NCBI GenBank assembly: GCA_951406725.2
Contig: OX597826.1
Location: forward strand, 50,158,001 to 50,222,000
Origin: Octopus vulgaris
Taxonomy: Eukaryota
Direction of reading: 5' to 3'
Length of the DNA: 64,000 bases
Within the stretch, counting starts at the first letter, position 1; every line of letters starts with the position of its first letter. The position numbers and the translations under genes were made by a program. Of this stretch, positions 43,608-54,936 are shown one piece after another. The notes below the pieces were generated by a model. It did not search any database. It was not told the origin of the DNA and worked only from the letters and a program-made list of their open reading frames with translations.

Positions 43608-44002
43608 CATCGGCCATCTTTCTTTCTTCTCCTAACTTGTGTTTCTTGTCTGTCTCCTGTCCAAGCTTGATTTACGCGTTCGCCACTGCAACCTCGTTTT
43701 GGCTTAGCAGCCCCCCCCTGTTTTTTTTCACTGTCCTGTTTGTGTTGCCAATTTTGACCATCCAAAAATCCCAAATTTTATTTAATTTGTTTTGCGGGAG
43801 CAACTGTTTTATCGAAAGCGTATATTGTTGTTAAATGCGCGAAATATGAGATTAGGAAAACAACCAGCAACTAATGAAAAGTCGTTCTTTATGTTGTTTG
43901 TCATGTTTTCCATATTTCTCTCCCGTTGATTGCATATTTAACTCGTTAGTTATCGTTTTTCCTGTTGTTTACACAGTTGGCGATGTCCCGTACCCGTATA
44001 TG
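43608..44002. mobile_element. Fold-back family member (same family as 32110-32694, inverted)
   Basis: Reverse-complement homology to ~32215-32560, e.g. GTTTTATCGAAAGCGTATATTGTTGTTAAATG. Confidence 0.75.
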
Positions 44003-44017
44003 GTTATATATATATAT

Positions 44018-44120
44018 ATTCAAATTCGTTGGTGCTCTTGAGTTTCAAGAGTGATGATAGTCGTCAATGGCTGACGACTAGCATCATGCCTGAAACTCAA
44101 GAGTACCAACGAATTTGAAT
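44018..44120. repeat. ~103-bp imperfect palindrome between (TA)n tracts, carrying a hammerhead-like core
   Basis: ATTCAAATTCGTTGGTGCTCTTGAGTTTCA...TGAAACTCAAGAGTACCAACGAATTTGAAT. Confidence 0.85.
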
Positions 44121-44130
44121 CAAACTGTTT

Positions 44131-44216
<86 letters not shown>

Positions 44217-44220
44217 GTAT

Positions 44221-44967
44221 ATACTAAGTAATTAAGGGTTTAGCAACGATTTGCCTCACCACACACCGAGTTTAGAAATAGCAGTCAAAGAGTTATAGCT
44301 ATTCCTTCTACTAAAAGGGAGATCTCAGTAAAACCACAGCACTTAGAAGGCAGACGCAGGCAAGAGAGAAAGAAATGACGACAATCATACAATATTAAGT
44401 CACATACGGACGTACGTTTCGAAATTAAGTTTTAGGAAAGCATAAGAATTAGATAATTATGTCTTACCCAACTTTTTTTCTCATCAGCGTAGGACACTAC
44501 AATTATGAATAATTGTATATTAAATTTGGAGATACTAGAAGACATCACCTCAACTCCTAGTATCAGAGCGAGCTAAAGCCGTTACCAGTATCACCAAATT
44601 CAAAGTGTGAATGAAAGTTTGTGTCACCAACCCCCTCCCACCAGCGTGCTGTCAGGACAAGATGTTGTGGTCATTTACTGGGATGAAATATGGTTATCAG
44701 TAATAATATAGGGTGAAATCAATTAATTTGGAATAATTATTAATTTCACCAAGTAGATTTCGGCATGTAAAAGCCCCATTCGTAGGTGACTTAATATTGT
44801 ATGATTGTCGTCATTTCTTTCTCTCTTGCCTGCGCCTGCCTTCTAAGTGCTGTGGTTTTACTGAGATCTCCCTTTTAGTAGAAGGAATAGCTATAACTCT
44901 TTGACTGCTATTTCTAAACTCGGTGTGTAGTGAGGCAAATCGTTGCTAAACCCTTAATTACTTAGTA

Positions 44968-44968
<1 letters not shown>
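44221..44968. mobile_element. 748-bp non-autonomous fold-back element with 188-bp inverted repeats, probably Penelope-like (PLE) derived
   Basis: 44221-44408 is the reverse complement of 44781-44968 with 3 mismatches by eye; flanked by (TA)n on both sides; contains a hammerhead ribozyme. Confidence 0.85.
44405..44491 (-). ncRNA. Type I hammerhead ribozyme
   Basis: Minus strand: TACG-CTGATGA-[GAAA AA AAGTT GGG TAAG ACATAA loop TTATG CTT TCC TAA AACTT AA TTTC]-GAA-AC GTAC GT-C^CGTA. Intact core, stem I TACG/CGTA, long stem II closed by G-C, minimal stem III with palindromic GTAC loop, GUC cleavage triplet. Confidence 0.8.
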
Positions 44969-45007
<39 letters not shown>

Positions 45008-45194
45008 CACGCACACACATATATATACATACACACACACACACATACATACATACATACATACATACATACATACATACATACATACATACATACATAC
45101 ATACATACACACACATAACATACATACCTTCTATTTGTTTTCCTACCCCGTTTTCTATTTTTCATTCTCTTCGGCTTTTCTCTCCGCAACCCTT

Positions 45195-45247
<53 letters not shown>

Positions 45248-46474
45248 GCATGTATATGCGCTCACGCAAACACACACACACACACACATATGTTGGTGGT
45301 GGTATGTATAAACACAGACATTTGTCTCCTGTCTATCTTCCTTTCTCTCCGCCATCGTTTTCTCCTCACTCCGCCTCTTTCTGTCTCTCCCTCTCTCTTT
45401 ATATATATATATGTATCCCGCTCTCTCTCTCTCTTTATATATATATATATATATATATCTTCCTCTCCCTCTCCTTCTCTCACTCCCTCTCTCTTCCACA
45501 TTTTGCTCTCACTTTCTATGGCTCCACCCACTCTCAATGATTTGCACATAAATTCAAAGATCGCCTTATCGCACATAGCAGGTGTTGATTTAATCATCCA
45601 ACAGAAGCAGGAATAAAAATAAATGGAAAGAAAGAAAGAAAGAAAGAAAGAATGAAAGAGAAAGAAAAGAAGGAAGGAAGTAAGACGAAACGAAACGAAA
45701 GAAAGGGGGTGCAATGAGAAAGAGATTGTGAAAATAACAACGAGTAGGAGTGAAAAACAAGACTTGATACTATCACATTCAGGCCATGCGTGTAACATAT
45801 CAGAACATAGGTCGTCTGTTTTTTGTCCAAATATACTGTACGTGCAGCTATTTAGAGAGGAGAGAGGTCAGAGGTGACGAACACATGGTTTATTTCAGTG
45901 CACGCCATTTTCCCTTCAAATTGTTGACCGTGATGGAGTGACCAACATCAGAAACGGTATCAGTACGTTAAGTACCAGTCATATACGGCGAATGACAAAG
46001 AGCGATTGACTGACAGAAACTGTAGTACTGTTTAGTGTAATGTGGTGTTGCGTAATGTTGTTGTTCTTGTTCTTATTCTTTTTCTTGTTCTTGTTGTTTA
46101 GCCCATTCAGCCGCAGCTGGACAAATCTACGATCAAAGATATTTCAGCCATGGCCATCATTCCTATTCTTCGGGCATTGTCTACCTTGGAGTACAAGATC
46201 AAATGAAATGTGTCCTTTTTTTTTTTATTAAATAAAACACAAAGTCGCCCCTTCATCAGTTGTCGGCTATCTGTGTGTAGCATGTCGAACAGATATGAAG
46301 CAGCGTCTATTTTCTTTTTAATCTGCATGGTAGCACCTTACAAGGGGCAGAAAATTTCAAGGCAACGCTAAAGGAACTACTGGGTGTTTAAAGGAACCGT
46401 GATTTTACTTAGAAATAGCAATTTTAAGCAAATTGAAATCAAAAATTTTGTCGGTCTTAAAACATGAACCAGAT

Positions 46475-47250
46475 ATTGTGTTATCAGTGAACAGAAACAT
46501 GACTGATGATGCACCAAGACCTAATATAATTTCATTATGTAAGTCCCCACTTTTTTTTTTTTAGTAATTTAACATTGGGGTCACTATTCACACAAATGTC
46601 TAAGTGTAGGACATTGCGTAATCATTGAGTGGAAACATGACTGATGATGTGCCAAGGACCAGTATAATTTCATTATAGAAGCCCTTACTGTTTAGTAATG
46701 CAGCATAGGAGACGCTAGTCTATAAAATAATCATTGTGTTGTCAGTGTGCAAAAATAGGTCTGATGTTAAACCAAGGCCTAATATGATTTCATTATATAT
46801 GACTTCACAATAAGGCGGCGAACTGGCAGAGTCGTTAGCACGCTGGACGAAAAGCTTACGGTATTTCGCCCGTCGCTACGTTCTGAGTTCAATTTATACC
46901 GAGATCGACTTTGCCTTTCATCCTTTCGGGGTCGATAAATAAAGTACTAGTTACGCACTGGGTTCGAGTAATCGACGTAATCCCTTTGTTTGTCCCCTCT
47001 ATGTTTAGCCACTTGTGGGCAATAAAGAAATATATATCCTTTCTGAGTCGATAAATTAAGTACCAATGAAACACCTGGGTCGTTGTAATCCTCCCCCAAA
47101 TTTGAGGCCTTGTGGCTATAATAGAAAGGATTATATATGTCCTCACTTACTTCAATAATTCACAGTTAAAAAAATTAACACAGGGGTCACTAGTTTATGC
47201 AAGTACCTAATGTAAGGCACATACTGGTTGGGATACAGTAAGAAAATATG
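46475..47250 (+). repeat. Degenerate ~120-140-bp tandem repeat (3-4 units) interrupted by SINE-B
   Basis: Units start at 46475, 46613 and 46733 and share ATTG.GT..TCA.TG..., CTGATG, CCAAG..C.A.TAT.ATTTCATTAT. Confidence 0.6.
46812..47135 (+). mobile_element. SINE family B plus a second partial copy with the alternative tail
   Basis: GGCGGCGAACTGGCAGAGTCG head and consensus core; first tail GTGGGCAATAAAGAAAT, second tail GGCCTTGTGGCTATAATAGAAAGGA. Confidence 0.85.
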
Positions 47251-47737
47251 AATGATAAACCATTGTCGACCATCTCATTAAAAGTCTATTGAGGTTTTTT
47301 TTTCTGAAAATATGGGAAGGGGTGTTTGCAAGGGAAGCACTGAATTATAAAAGATTAAAAACCACTCAAATTATTAAGAAAGTTGAAAATAAAGGCAACT
47401 TATCGCAAAAAATTGTATTTTACTTGACTTCAGATTGTAGATTAATCAGGGGAAACAGTAAAAATTGATTTTTAAAAGCAAAATGCATCACTCTCCTAAT
47501 TACTTCATCTTTCCTACGCACAACAATGCACTACTTTAAATTATTTAACAGTTCACGTTTTCTACGCCTGTTGACCACTTATGTAACTTTCTTTGTGTAC
47601 ATCGTGTGTGTTTGTGCATCTGTGTATTTTGAGTACTTGTGTGTTTGTTTTTCTTGTCTGTACGTGTTATGTTGTGTTTGTTGAATATGAAATTTTACGA
47701 ATGAACATAGCATCATGAAAACCACTCATGCATACGG

Positions 47738-47777
<40 letters not shown>

Positions 47778-47778
<1 letters not shown>

Positions 47779-47969
47779 TTTTTTTTCTTCTTTCAAATTT
47801 GCTTCCATTTCTTGCCGAGTGTCTTCCCGACTCCTAGGGCAAAGAAACTCATAGTATACATTGGTAGGCCATTAAACCAAACTCAGTAGTTCGTTCATTT
47901 TTTTTATTTTTAAGTTAAATTAAAATACATGAGCAGCAACAGTTCTCACATCGACAATGCTCTTTTCAA

Positions 47970-47970
<1 letters not shown>
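47778..47970 (-). mobile_element. Dong/R4-like LINE extreme 3' end within (TAA)n
   Basis: Minus strand LKRALSM* followed by a 3' UTR homologous to 48027-48100 (CCCTAGG...ACACTCGGC.AGAAA.GGAAG.AAATTTGAA). Confidence 0.65.
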
Positions 47971-48026
<56 letters not shown>

Positions 48027-48296
48027 GTTTTTTCCTTCTTTCTTCAAATTTTCTTCCGTTTCTCGCCGAGTGTTTTCCATACACCTAGGGCAGAGACGGG
48101 CATTGTATGCATTCCAAGATTACACGCGCAAATTCACAGATAAAATATGCATTTAAAAATTAATAAATAAATAAATTCATGGATGGATGTTATTTTCACA
48201 GCGATAGTGCTCTTCTCAGTACATGAGCCGTTCCAGTTAATACGATTTTTTGCACTTCCTGTAGGGATGGTAAGCCTGGAATCATTTTCAAATAGG

Positions 48297-48297
<1 letters not shown>
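48027..48297 (-). mobile_element. Dong/R4-like LINE 3' end within (TAA)n
   Basis: Minus strand TYLKMIPGLPSLQEVQKIVLTGTAHVLRRALSL* (stop at 48196-48198); (TAA)n on both sides. Confidence 0.78.
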
Positions 48298-48374
<77 letters not shown>

Positions 48375-50170
48375 AGATGGATTGAACGCCAAAAAATGTC
48401 ATTGTTCATCTACAGCCGGGTCACTGACACAGTTCCACTACATTTTTTTAAAATTACTTTTTCGTTCGTATCATAAATAACAAATTCGGATATCCTAACT
48501 TCAGTAGCGTTAACAGAATAACAAACTTAATCAATCAAACAAGCAAACATGCAAGACAAAAGAACACTTAATTTGGAGGGTTGATTAATATGTTAAAAGT
48601 GGTAAGTGAGAAATGATAGTCGTGGATCACATTTTAAAAGACAATTGCAGCGTGGAAGGTGTTTGTAAGCCATTTAAGAAACACACAAAAGCCGTTCGAT
48701 TCACTTCAACATTTAAGTTTAATTTGTCAAAATATTTTCGTCGCTGCAATTGTTTTCGTTTCAGCACACGATCTCAGATCAAATCACTTGCTATGCAAAT
48801 ACATCTCCGTAACATTTCAAAAGAATATTTCTGAAATCTTTGTATCAACGCTGGCTATTGAAGAAAGGACAAATATTTCATTTTACAAACAAATAAACAA
48901 TTCTCTCATATATTCACCATTTTACGTGATGGGGGCTGTGAGAAGGGGTTTTTTGATGTTACAATCGAGTAATTATTCAATTAGACGGCGGAATGGTAGT
49001 ATAATGGCACAATCGACTAATAGAGGTGCAGGAACTTTGTATGTCTTACTCAAGAAGGGACGACAGTTCCATGGCACTTTAATGAACCTCAAAGACTTAT
49101 GGCAGGGAGGAAAGTATCTTCGGAACTGAGATCGGGCTTGAATGCTTGAAATAAAGTGAACACTGCTAACAGTATCCAAGGATCAAGGGCTGAAGATAAA
49201 CCGAATGGTAGAATAAGTCTACGACCCATGTAAGCTAGGGCAGAATTTAAACTCAGAACGCAAAGAATAGAACAAAGCATTGTCCAATGCTCTATCGATT
49301 CCCTCAGTCCACTGCCCTGATTGGCACTTAATTTACAGACCCCGGGAGAACGAAAGACAAAGTTTACCTCGGCAGGATTTGAACTCAAAATGTAAAGAGC
49401 TAACGAAAAATTCTGCAAGACATTTCGTCCGACGCTCTAATGACTCTACCAAACTACCTTGCAGTGCAATGCATGTTCAAATTCCGACAGGTGTAGGACC
49501 ATTTTGCCTTCTGTCTAGCGACGATGGATGAATACAAGGTACCAGTTATGCAGTGTTGTCGACACAACTGGCCTGCTGTCACAATATAAGAGTTTGTTAC
49601 TTCTATTACCTACACCACAATCACGTTCACAGACAGGCAGACAGACAAACAAGCAGACAGACAAACAGGCAGGCAGACAAACGGGCAGGCAGATATTCCA
49701 TCCAAAACCACCACCACAAACTGGTAGGTAAACAGACGGACTGACAGGCTGACAGATATTCCCACTGTAGTATACAGACTAAAATGAAAATTTGATTTCT
49801 GATGACAATTTCCAGTGCTAGAGCAGTTGGCGGGGAGAGGAGAGGAGAGGAGAGGAGGTCAAAGGTGAAATATTTTACGTGACAAGATTTCATGTCTGAG
49901 AGTACTGGAATGATGAGAAACGGTTGCAGAGAGAAAAGACACAACTGCTGAAAGTAAATAGTGGTTGGCGTGGAAAACAAGCAAAAACAAAAACAAAAAA
50001 GGGGAGAAGCATGCATTCTGCTAAACAAAGATGGAATCTTGGCACCGAGAAAAGATTACAGCCGAGTCTTCGACACATTTATCTTAGCATCAGCCACCCC
50101 CACGTTTCCTCGTATCAGCAAACACCATTGGTTGAACAATATCGCGTTCACATCAATAGTTATTGTTGAC

Positions 50171-50223
<53 letters not shown>

Positions 50224-50475
50224 CGATGACGATGATGATGATGAAGGTTGACGATGATGTTTAGACCTAGGTCCACCGTGATCGCATAAAATTTTGATCA
50301 ATGACGTTTCGAGATGTGACCATCCCGTCTTATTTTCACACATAGAGAGTATGTAACTTATTTTAATCAATGGACCCCCCTTTTTTTTTTTTTGCTAAGA
50401 CAGTTGGGTGTGGACTTCGGGAGAATTTGGTTGCTATTTTTAGCAAGTCACGAGCCAACATAGAACTGTTGCAGT

Positions 50476-50910
50476 TGGTGGTGGTGGTGGTGGTGGTGGT
50501 GGTGGTGGTTTTGGGGGCGGCGGTGGTGGTGGTGGTGGTGGTTTTTGGAGGTGGTGATGGTGGTAGTTGTGGTGGTGGTTGTGATCATGATGGTAGTCGT
50601 GGTAGCGTTGTTGTTATTGCTAGCGTTGGTGGTGGTATTTTGGGGGTTGTGATGGTGGCGCCAGTGATGGTCGTGGTAGTAGTTGTGGTGGGGATTGTGA
50701 TCATGATGGTAGCGTGGTGGCGTTGTTGTTATTGCTAGTGGTGGTGGTCGTGGTAGTTGTGGTGTGGTTGTGGCTGCATCGATGGAGGTGGTCGTGGTTC
50801 TCTGGTCGTTGTCATCATTGTGGTTATGGTTGTGGCGTTGGTCGTGATCGTGTCGTGGTTGTGGCGGTGGTGACAGTGATGGAGATGATAGTGATGGTAG
50901 TGCTGGTGGC
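50476..50910. repeat. Degenerate (GGT)n low-complexity tract
   Basis: Direct reading. Confidence 0.9.
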
Positions 50911-51195
50911 ACAGTGTAAGACAATAATGATGAAGAGAACCCCGACTAGAATCGAAAACCGACCAGGCCAATCTCCCTGTTTCTGTCCACAGAGAGATGC
51001 GAAAATACCAAGGAAAAATATGTTTTTATTTATCACTACATTCAATTACACATCGCAATGACGGCTAGAAGCTTTCGTTGCTGATATCCACAAGCTAATA
51101 ATTGTGGAATTGATGATAACTTATTCGAAGATTCCTTTATTTGAAACAAACTGGTAATCATTCTACCAACTTTAATGAGATTTTAAAAAGCTATT

Positions 51196-51500
51196 GAGGT
51201 GTGGGTGTATGGTTAAGAAGCTTCCTTCCCAACCATGTGGTTTTGGGTTCAGTTCCACTGCATGGCACCTTGAGAAGATGTCTTCCACTCTAGCTCCTAG
51301 CCAAGCAAAGTTGTGTGAGCGGCTTTGGTAAACGGAAACTGAAAGAAGCCTGTGCGTGTTTGTCCCCACCTCCAATACCACCACTACCACCACTGAACAA
51401 CCGATATTGGTTTTTGTACGTCCTCATGACTTAGTGGTTCAGCACGCAGTAGAATAAGTACCAGGCTTAGAAATAATTAATAGGAGCAATTTGTTCGACT
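51196..51500 (+). mobile_element. Older SINE-A variant
   Basis: Diverged head GGTTCAGTTCCACTGCATGGCACCTTGAG and body. Confidence 0.7.
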
Positions 51501-51600
51501 AAACCAATATCTCCAAACCATCTTTAACCTATGGACCCTTTTGATTCCTATTTTATCAGGATAGACTCTCCTAGCCATTCGATGTTTAAAAAATCCTATT

Positions 51601-51805
51601 TAGGCGTAGGGGTGGCTCATAGGCGGAGGAGTGGCTTATAGGCGGATGAGTGGCTGTGTGGTAAGTAGCTTGCTTACCAACAACATGGTTCCAGGTTCAG
51701 TCCCACTGCGTGGTACCTTGGGTAAGAAGTGACTTCTACTATACCCTCGGACCGATCAAAGACTTGTGAGTGGATTTGGTAGACGGAAACTGAAAGAAGC
51801 CTATC

Positions 51806-51890
<85 letters not shown>

Positions 51891-51911
51891 CTATTTTCAT
51901 AAAGCTTCCCG

Positions 51912-51961
<50 letters not shown>

Positions 51962-52187
51962 GTATGCATATGTATATGTTTGTGTGTCTGTGTTTTCCCC
52001 CACCAATCGCTTGACAACCGAAGTTGGTGTGTTTACGTCCCCGTCACTTAGCGGTTCGGCAAAAAGAGCCCGATAGAATACGTACTGGGCTTACAAGGAA
52101 TAAGTTCTGGGATCGATTTGTTCGACTAAAGGCGGTGCTCCAGCATGGCCGCAGTCAAATGAATGAAACAAATAAAAGAATAAAAGA
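51601..52187 (+). mobile_element. SINE family A with triplicated 5' end, inserted in a MITE
   Basis: Three ~19-nt head repeats followed by the consensus; CTATTT on both sides. Confidence 0.9.
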
Positions 52188-52689
52188 CTATTTTTTACAA
52201 TTAAATATTATTCGAAAATGTATAAAAATAATTATTGAAATATCTTGTGAATTGTAGAAGAAACGCGTCTAGTAGGAGCTTCGAGTTTTTGATAGAAAAT
52301 CAACAAAAACAAACTTCAATATTGGTGTTTTTTCGTGGATAGTTGAAGAATAATGAATATTAGCTCTATGAGAAAAAATCCAAAGTTGGCCACAATTTCT
52401 TTGAAAGTGACGGAAGAAGATCTCGGTGGAAGGAATCGGGTCGACAACGTGGACTGTTGACCTCAGGTGACCTTCAGTTCTTATGTCCTCGTTGCCAGGC
52501 GAAAGCAGACAATGTTAAATTATAGACCTGCAGAAACATCTTAGAATACATCCATCCTTCCATTCATCCTATTTCTAGGAGGGTCATAGTGGGTAGAATC
52601 CTTACGCACCTCCTTCACAGGGCCTTATCAAAAGCAACCGTCATTACACTTTCTCGCAGTGTTACTAGCCTGACCAACTGAGGCCATCT

Positions 52690-52909
52690 TTTATCTTTAC
52701 TTTTATTTGTTTCAGTCATTAGATCGTGACCGTGTTGGGGCACCGCCTTGAAGAATCGACTCCAATACGTTTTTAAAGCTTACTACTTATCGATCTTTTT
52801 TGGCCGAACTGCTAAGTTAAGGCGACATAAGTACACCAACACAGGTTTTCAAGCGATGGTGGAAGGACAGAGACATAAAGAAGCGCACACTTAGATACAC
52901 ACACACACT

Positions 52910-52962
<53 letters not shown>

Positions 52963-53185
52963 TCTTTTACTTGTTTCAGTCATTTGACTGCGGCCATGCT
53001 GGAGCACCACCTTTAGTCGAGCAAATCGACCCCGGGACTTATTCTTTGTAAGCCCAGTACTTATTCTATCGGTCCCTTTATGCCGAACCGCTAAGTGACG
53101 GGGACGTAAACACACCAGCATCGGTTGTCAAGCAATGCTAGGGGGACAAACACAGACACACACACGTGTGTGTGTGTGTGTGTGC

Positions 53186-53244
<59 letters not shown>

Positions 53245-53257
53245 CAGATAGATAGAC

Positions 53258-53322
<65 letters not shown>

Positions 53323-53462
53323 CGACGGACTTCTTTCAGTTTCAGTCTGCCAAATCCGCTCACAACGCTTTGGTTTGCCCGAGGCTATAGCAGAAGACGT
53401 TTGCCCAAGGTGCCAGCCAGAAACATGTGGCAAGGAAGCAAGCTTCTTACCACCAGCTCATG
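52690..53462 (-). mobile_element. Two SINE-A copies: old partial at 52690-52870; 52961-53462 with (GATA)n core
   Basis: Consensus matches. Confidence 0.85.
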
Positions 53463-53651
53463 CTTGGAATCTATCCAACCATTTCGTTCTTTGTCTAACC
53501 CTAGGTCTCTTGCTTGTTGGCTCGGCTTAATGAATCTGTCTTGCAATCGTTTCCTACATCATTCTAATCACATTCTCATCTTAGAATACCCCTTAGAATA
53601 AATTCGATGGAATCAAATTTTTGGCACCGAGGGATTCCAATAATAATAATA

Positions 53652-53883
53652 TATTTCTTTATTGCCCACAAGGGGCTAAACATAGAGAGGACAAACAAGG
53701 ACAGACAAAGGGATTAAATCGATTACATCGACCCCAGTGCGAAACTGGTACTTTATTTATCGACCCCAAAAGGATGAAAGGCAAAGTCGACCTCGGCGGA
53801 ATGTGAACTCAGAACGTAACGGCAGACGAAATACGGCTACGCATTTCGCCCGTCGTGCTAACGTTTCTGCCAGCTCGCCGCCT
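53652..53883 (-). mobile_element. SINE family B, full length
   Basis: Consensus match; TCCAATAATAATAATA flanks both ends as a probable TSD. Confidence 0.9.
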
Positions 53884-54448
53884 CCAATAATAATAATAGA
53901 GGACTCTATGCCCAATGTTTTTTTCATTGGACACAAAAAGATTAATGGGTAAGACAGGATGTAAAACGGACCTTCCGATTCTGCTATCCACCAGCCTTAG
54001 AGTAAATATTTCTGATTTAGACACAAGCTTAGCATTTTCTAATTCTCTATCGATTCTATCATCTCATCGTTAATTATTTTAAGTTTTGGCATAAGGCCAG
54101 TAATTGTGTGTGGAGCGGAGTGGGTAGTTGATTACATCGACCCCAGTGCATGACTGGTGCTTTATTTTAACGATCCCGAAGGCATTTTGTCCAGCGTGCT
54201 GACGATTCTATGAACTCGTGGTCTGGGCCTGGAGTTAATAATGACCTCAAATTCTGGCAAAAAGCCAGCAATTTTGAAGGAGGGAAGGTCAGTCGATTAC
54301 ATCGACCCTGTTACGCAGCTGGTACTTATTTTCTCGACCCTGAAAGGATGAAAAACAAATTGAACTCAGTGCGTGAAGATGGACGAAATGCCGCGAACGA
54401 TTCTGCCAGCTTGTCGCCTTACTTGGAGTTAATAATAGAATATTTTAA

Positions 54449-54612
54449 TAGTGGCTGCGTGGTACGTAGCTTGCTTACGAACCACATGGTTCCGGGTTCA
54501 GTCCCACTGCGTGGCACCTTGGGCAAGTGTCTTCTACTATAGCCTCGGGCCGACCAATGCCTTGCGAGTGGATTTGATAGACGGAAACTGAAAGAAGCCC
54601 GTCGTATATATG

Positions 54613-54688
<76 letters not shown>

Positions 54689-54890
54689 TGTGTCTGTGTT
54701 TGTCTCCCTCAACATCGCTTGACCGATGCTGGTGTGTTTACTTCCCCGTAACTTAGCGGTTCGGCAAAAGAGACCGATTGAATAAGTACTAGGCTTACAA
54801 AGAATAAGTCCCGGGGTCGATTTGCTCGACTAAAGGCGGTGCTCCAGCATGGCCGCAGTCAAATGACTGAAACAAGTAAAAGAGAAAGAG
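54449..54890 (+). mobile_element. SINE family A
   Basis: Consensus match with (TG)n core. Confidence 0.9.
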
Positions 54891-54904
54891 AAAGAGATAG
54901 AGTA

Positions 54905-54936
<32 letters not shown>

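Noticed and set aside
45899-45960. Possible small exon (TTTCAG ... GTATCA), and a similar acceptor at ~35560
   Set aside because: Weak donor and no recognisable peptide; cannot be supported without transcript data.
46490-46520. GAAAC and CTGATGA adjacent, as a possible hammerhead
   Set aside because: Only 4 nt separate the motifs, so stems I and III cannot form.
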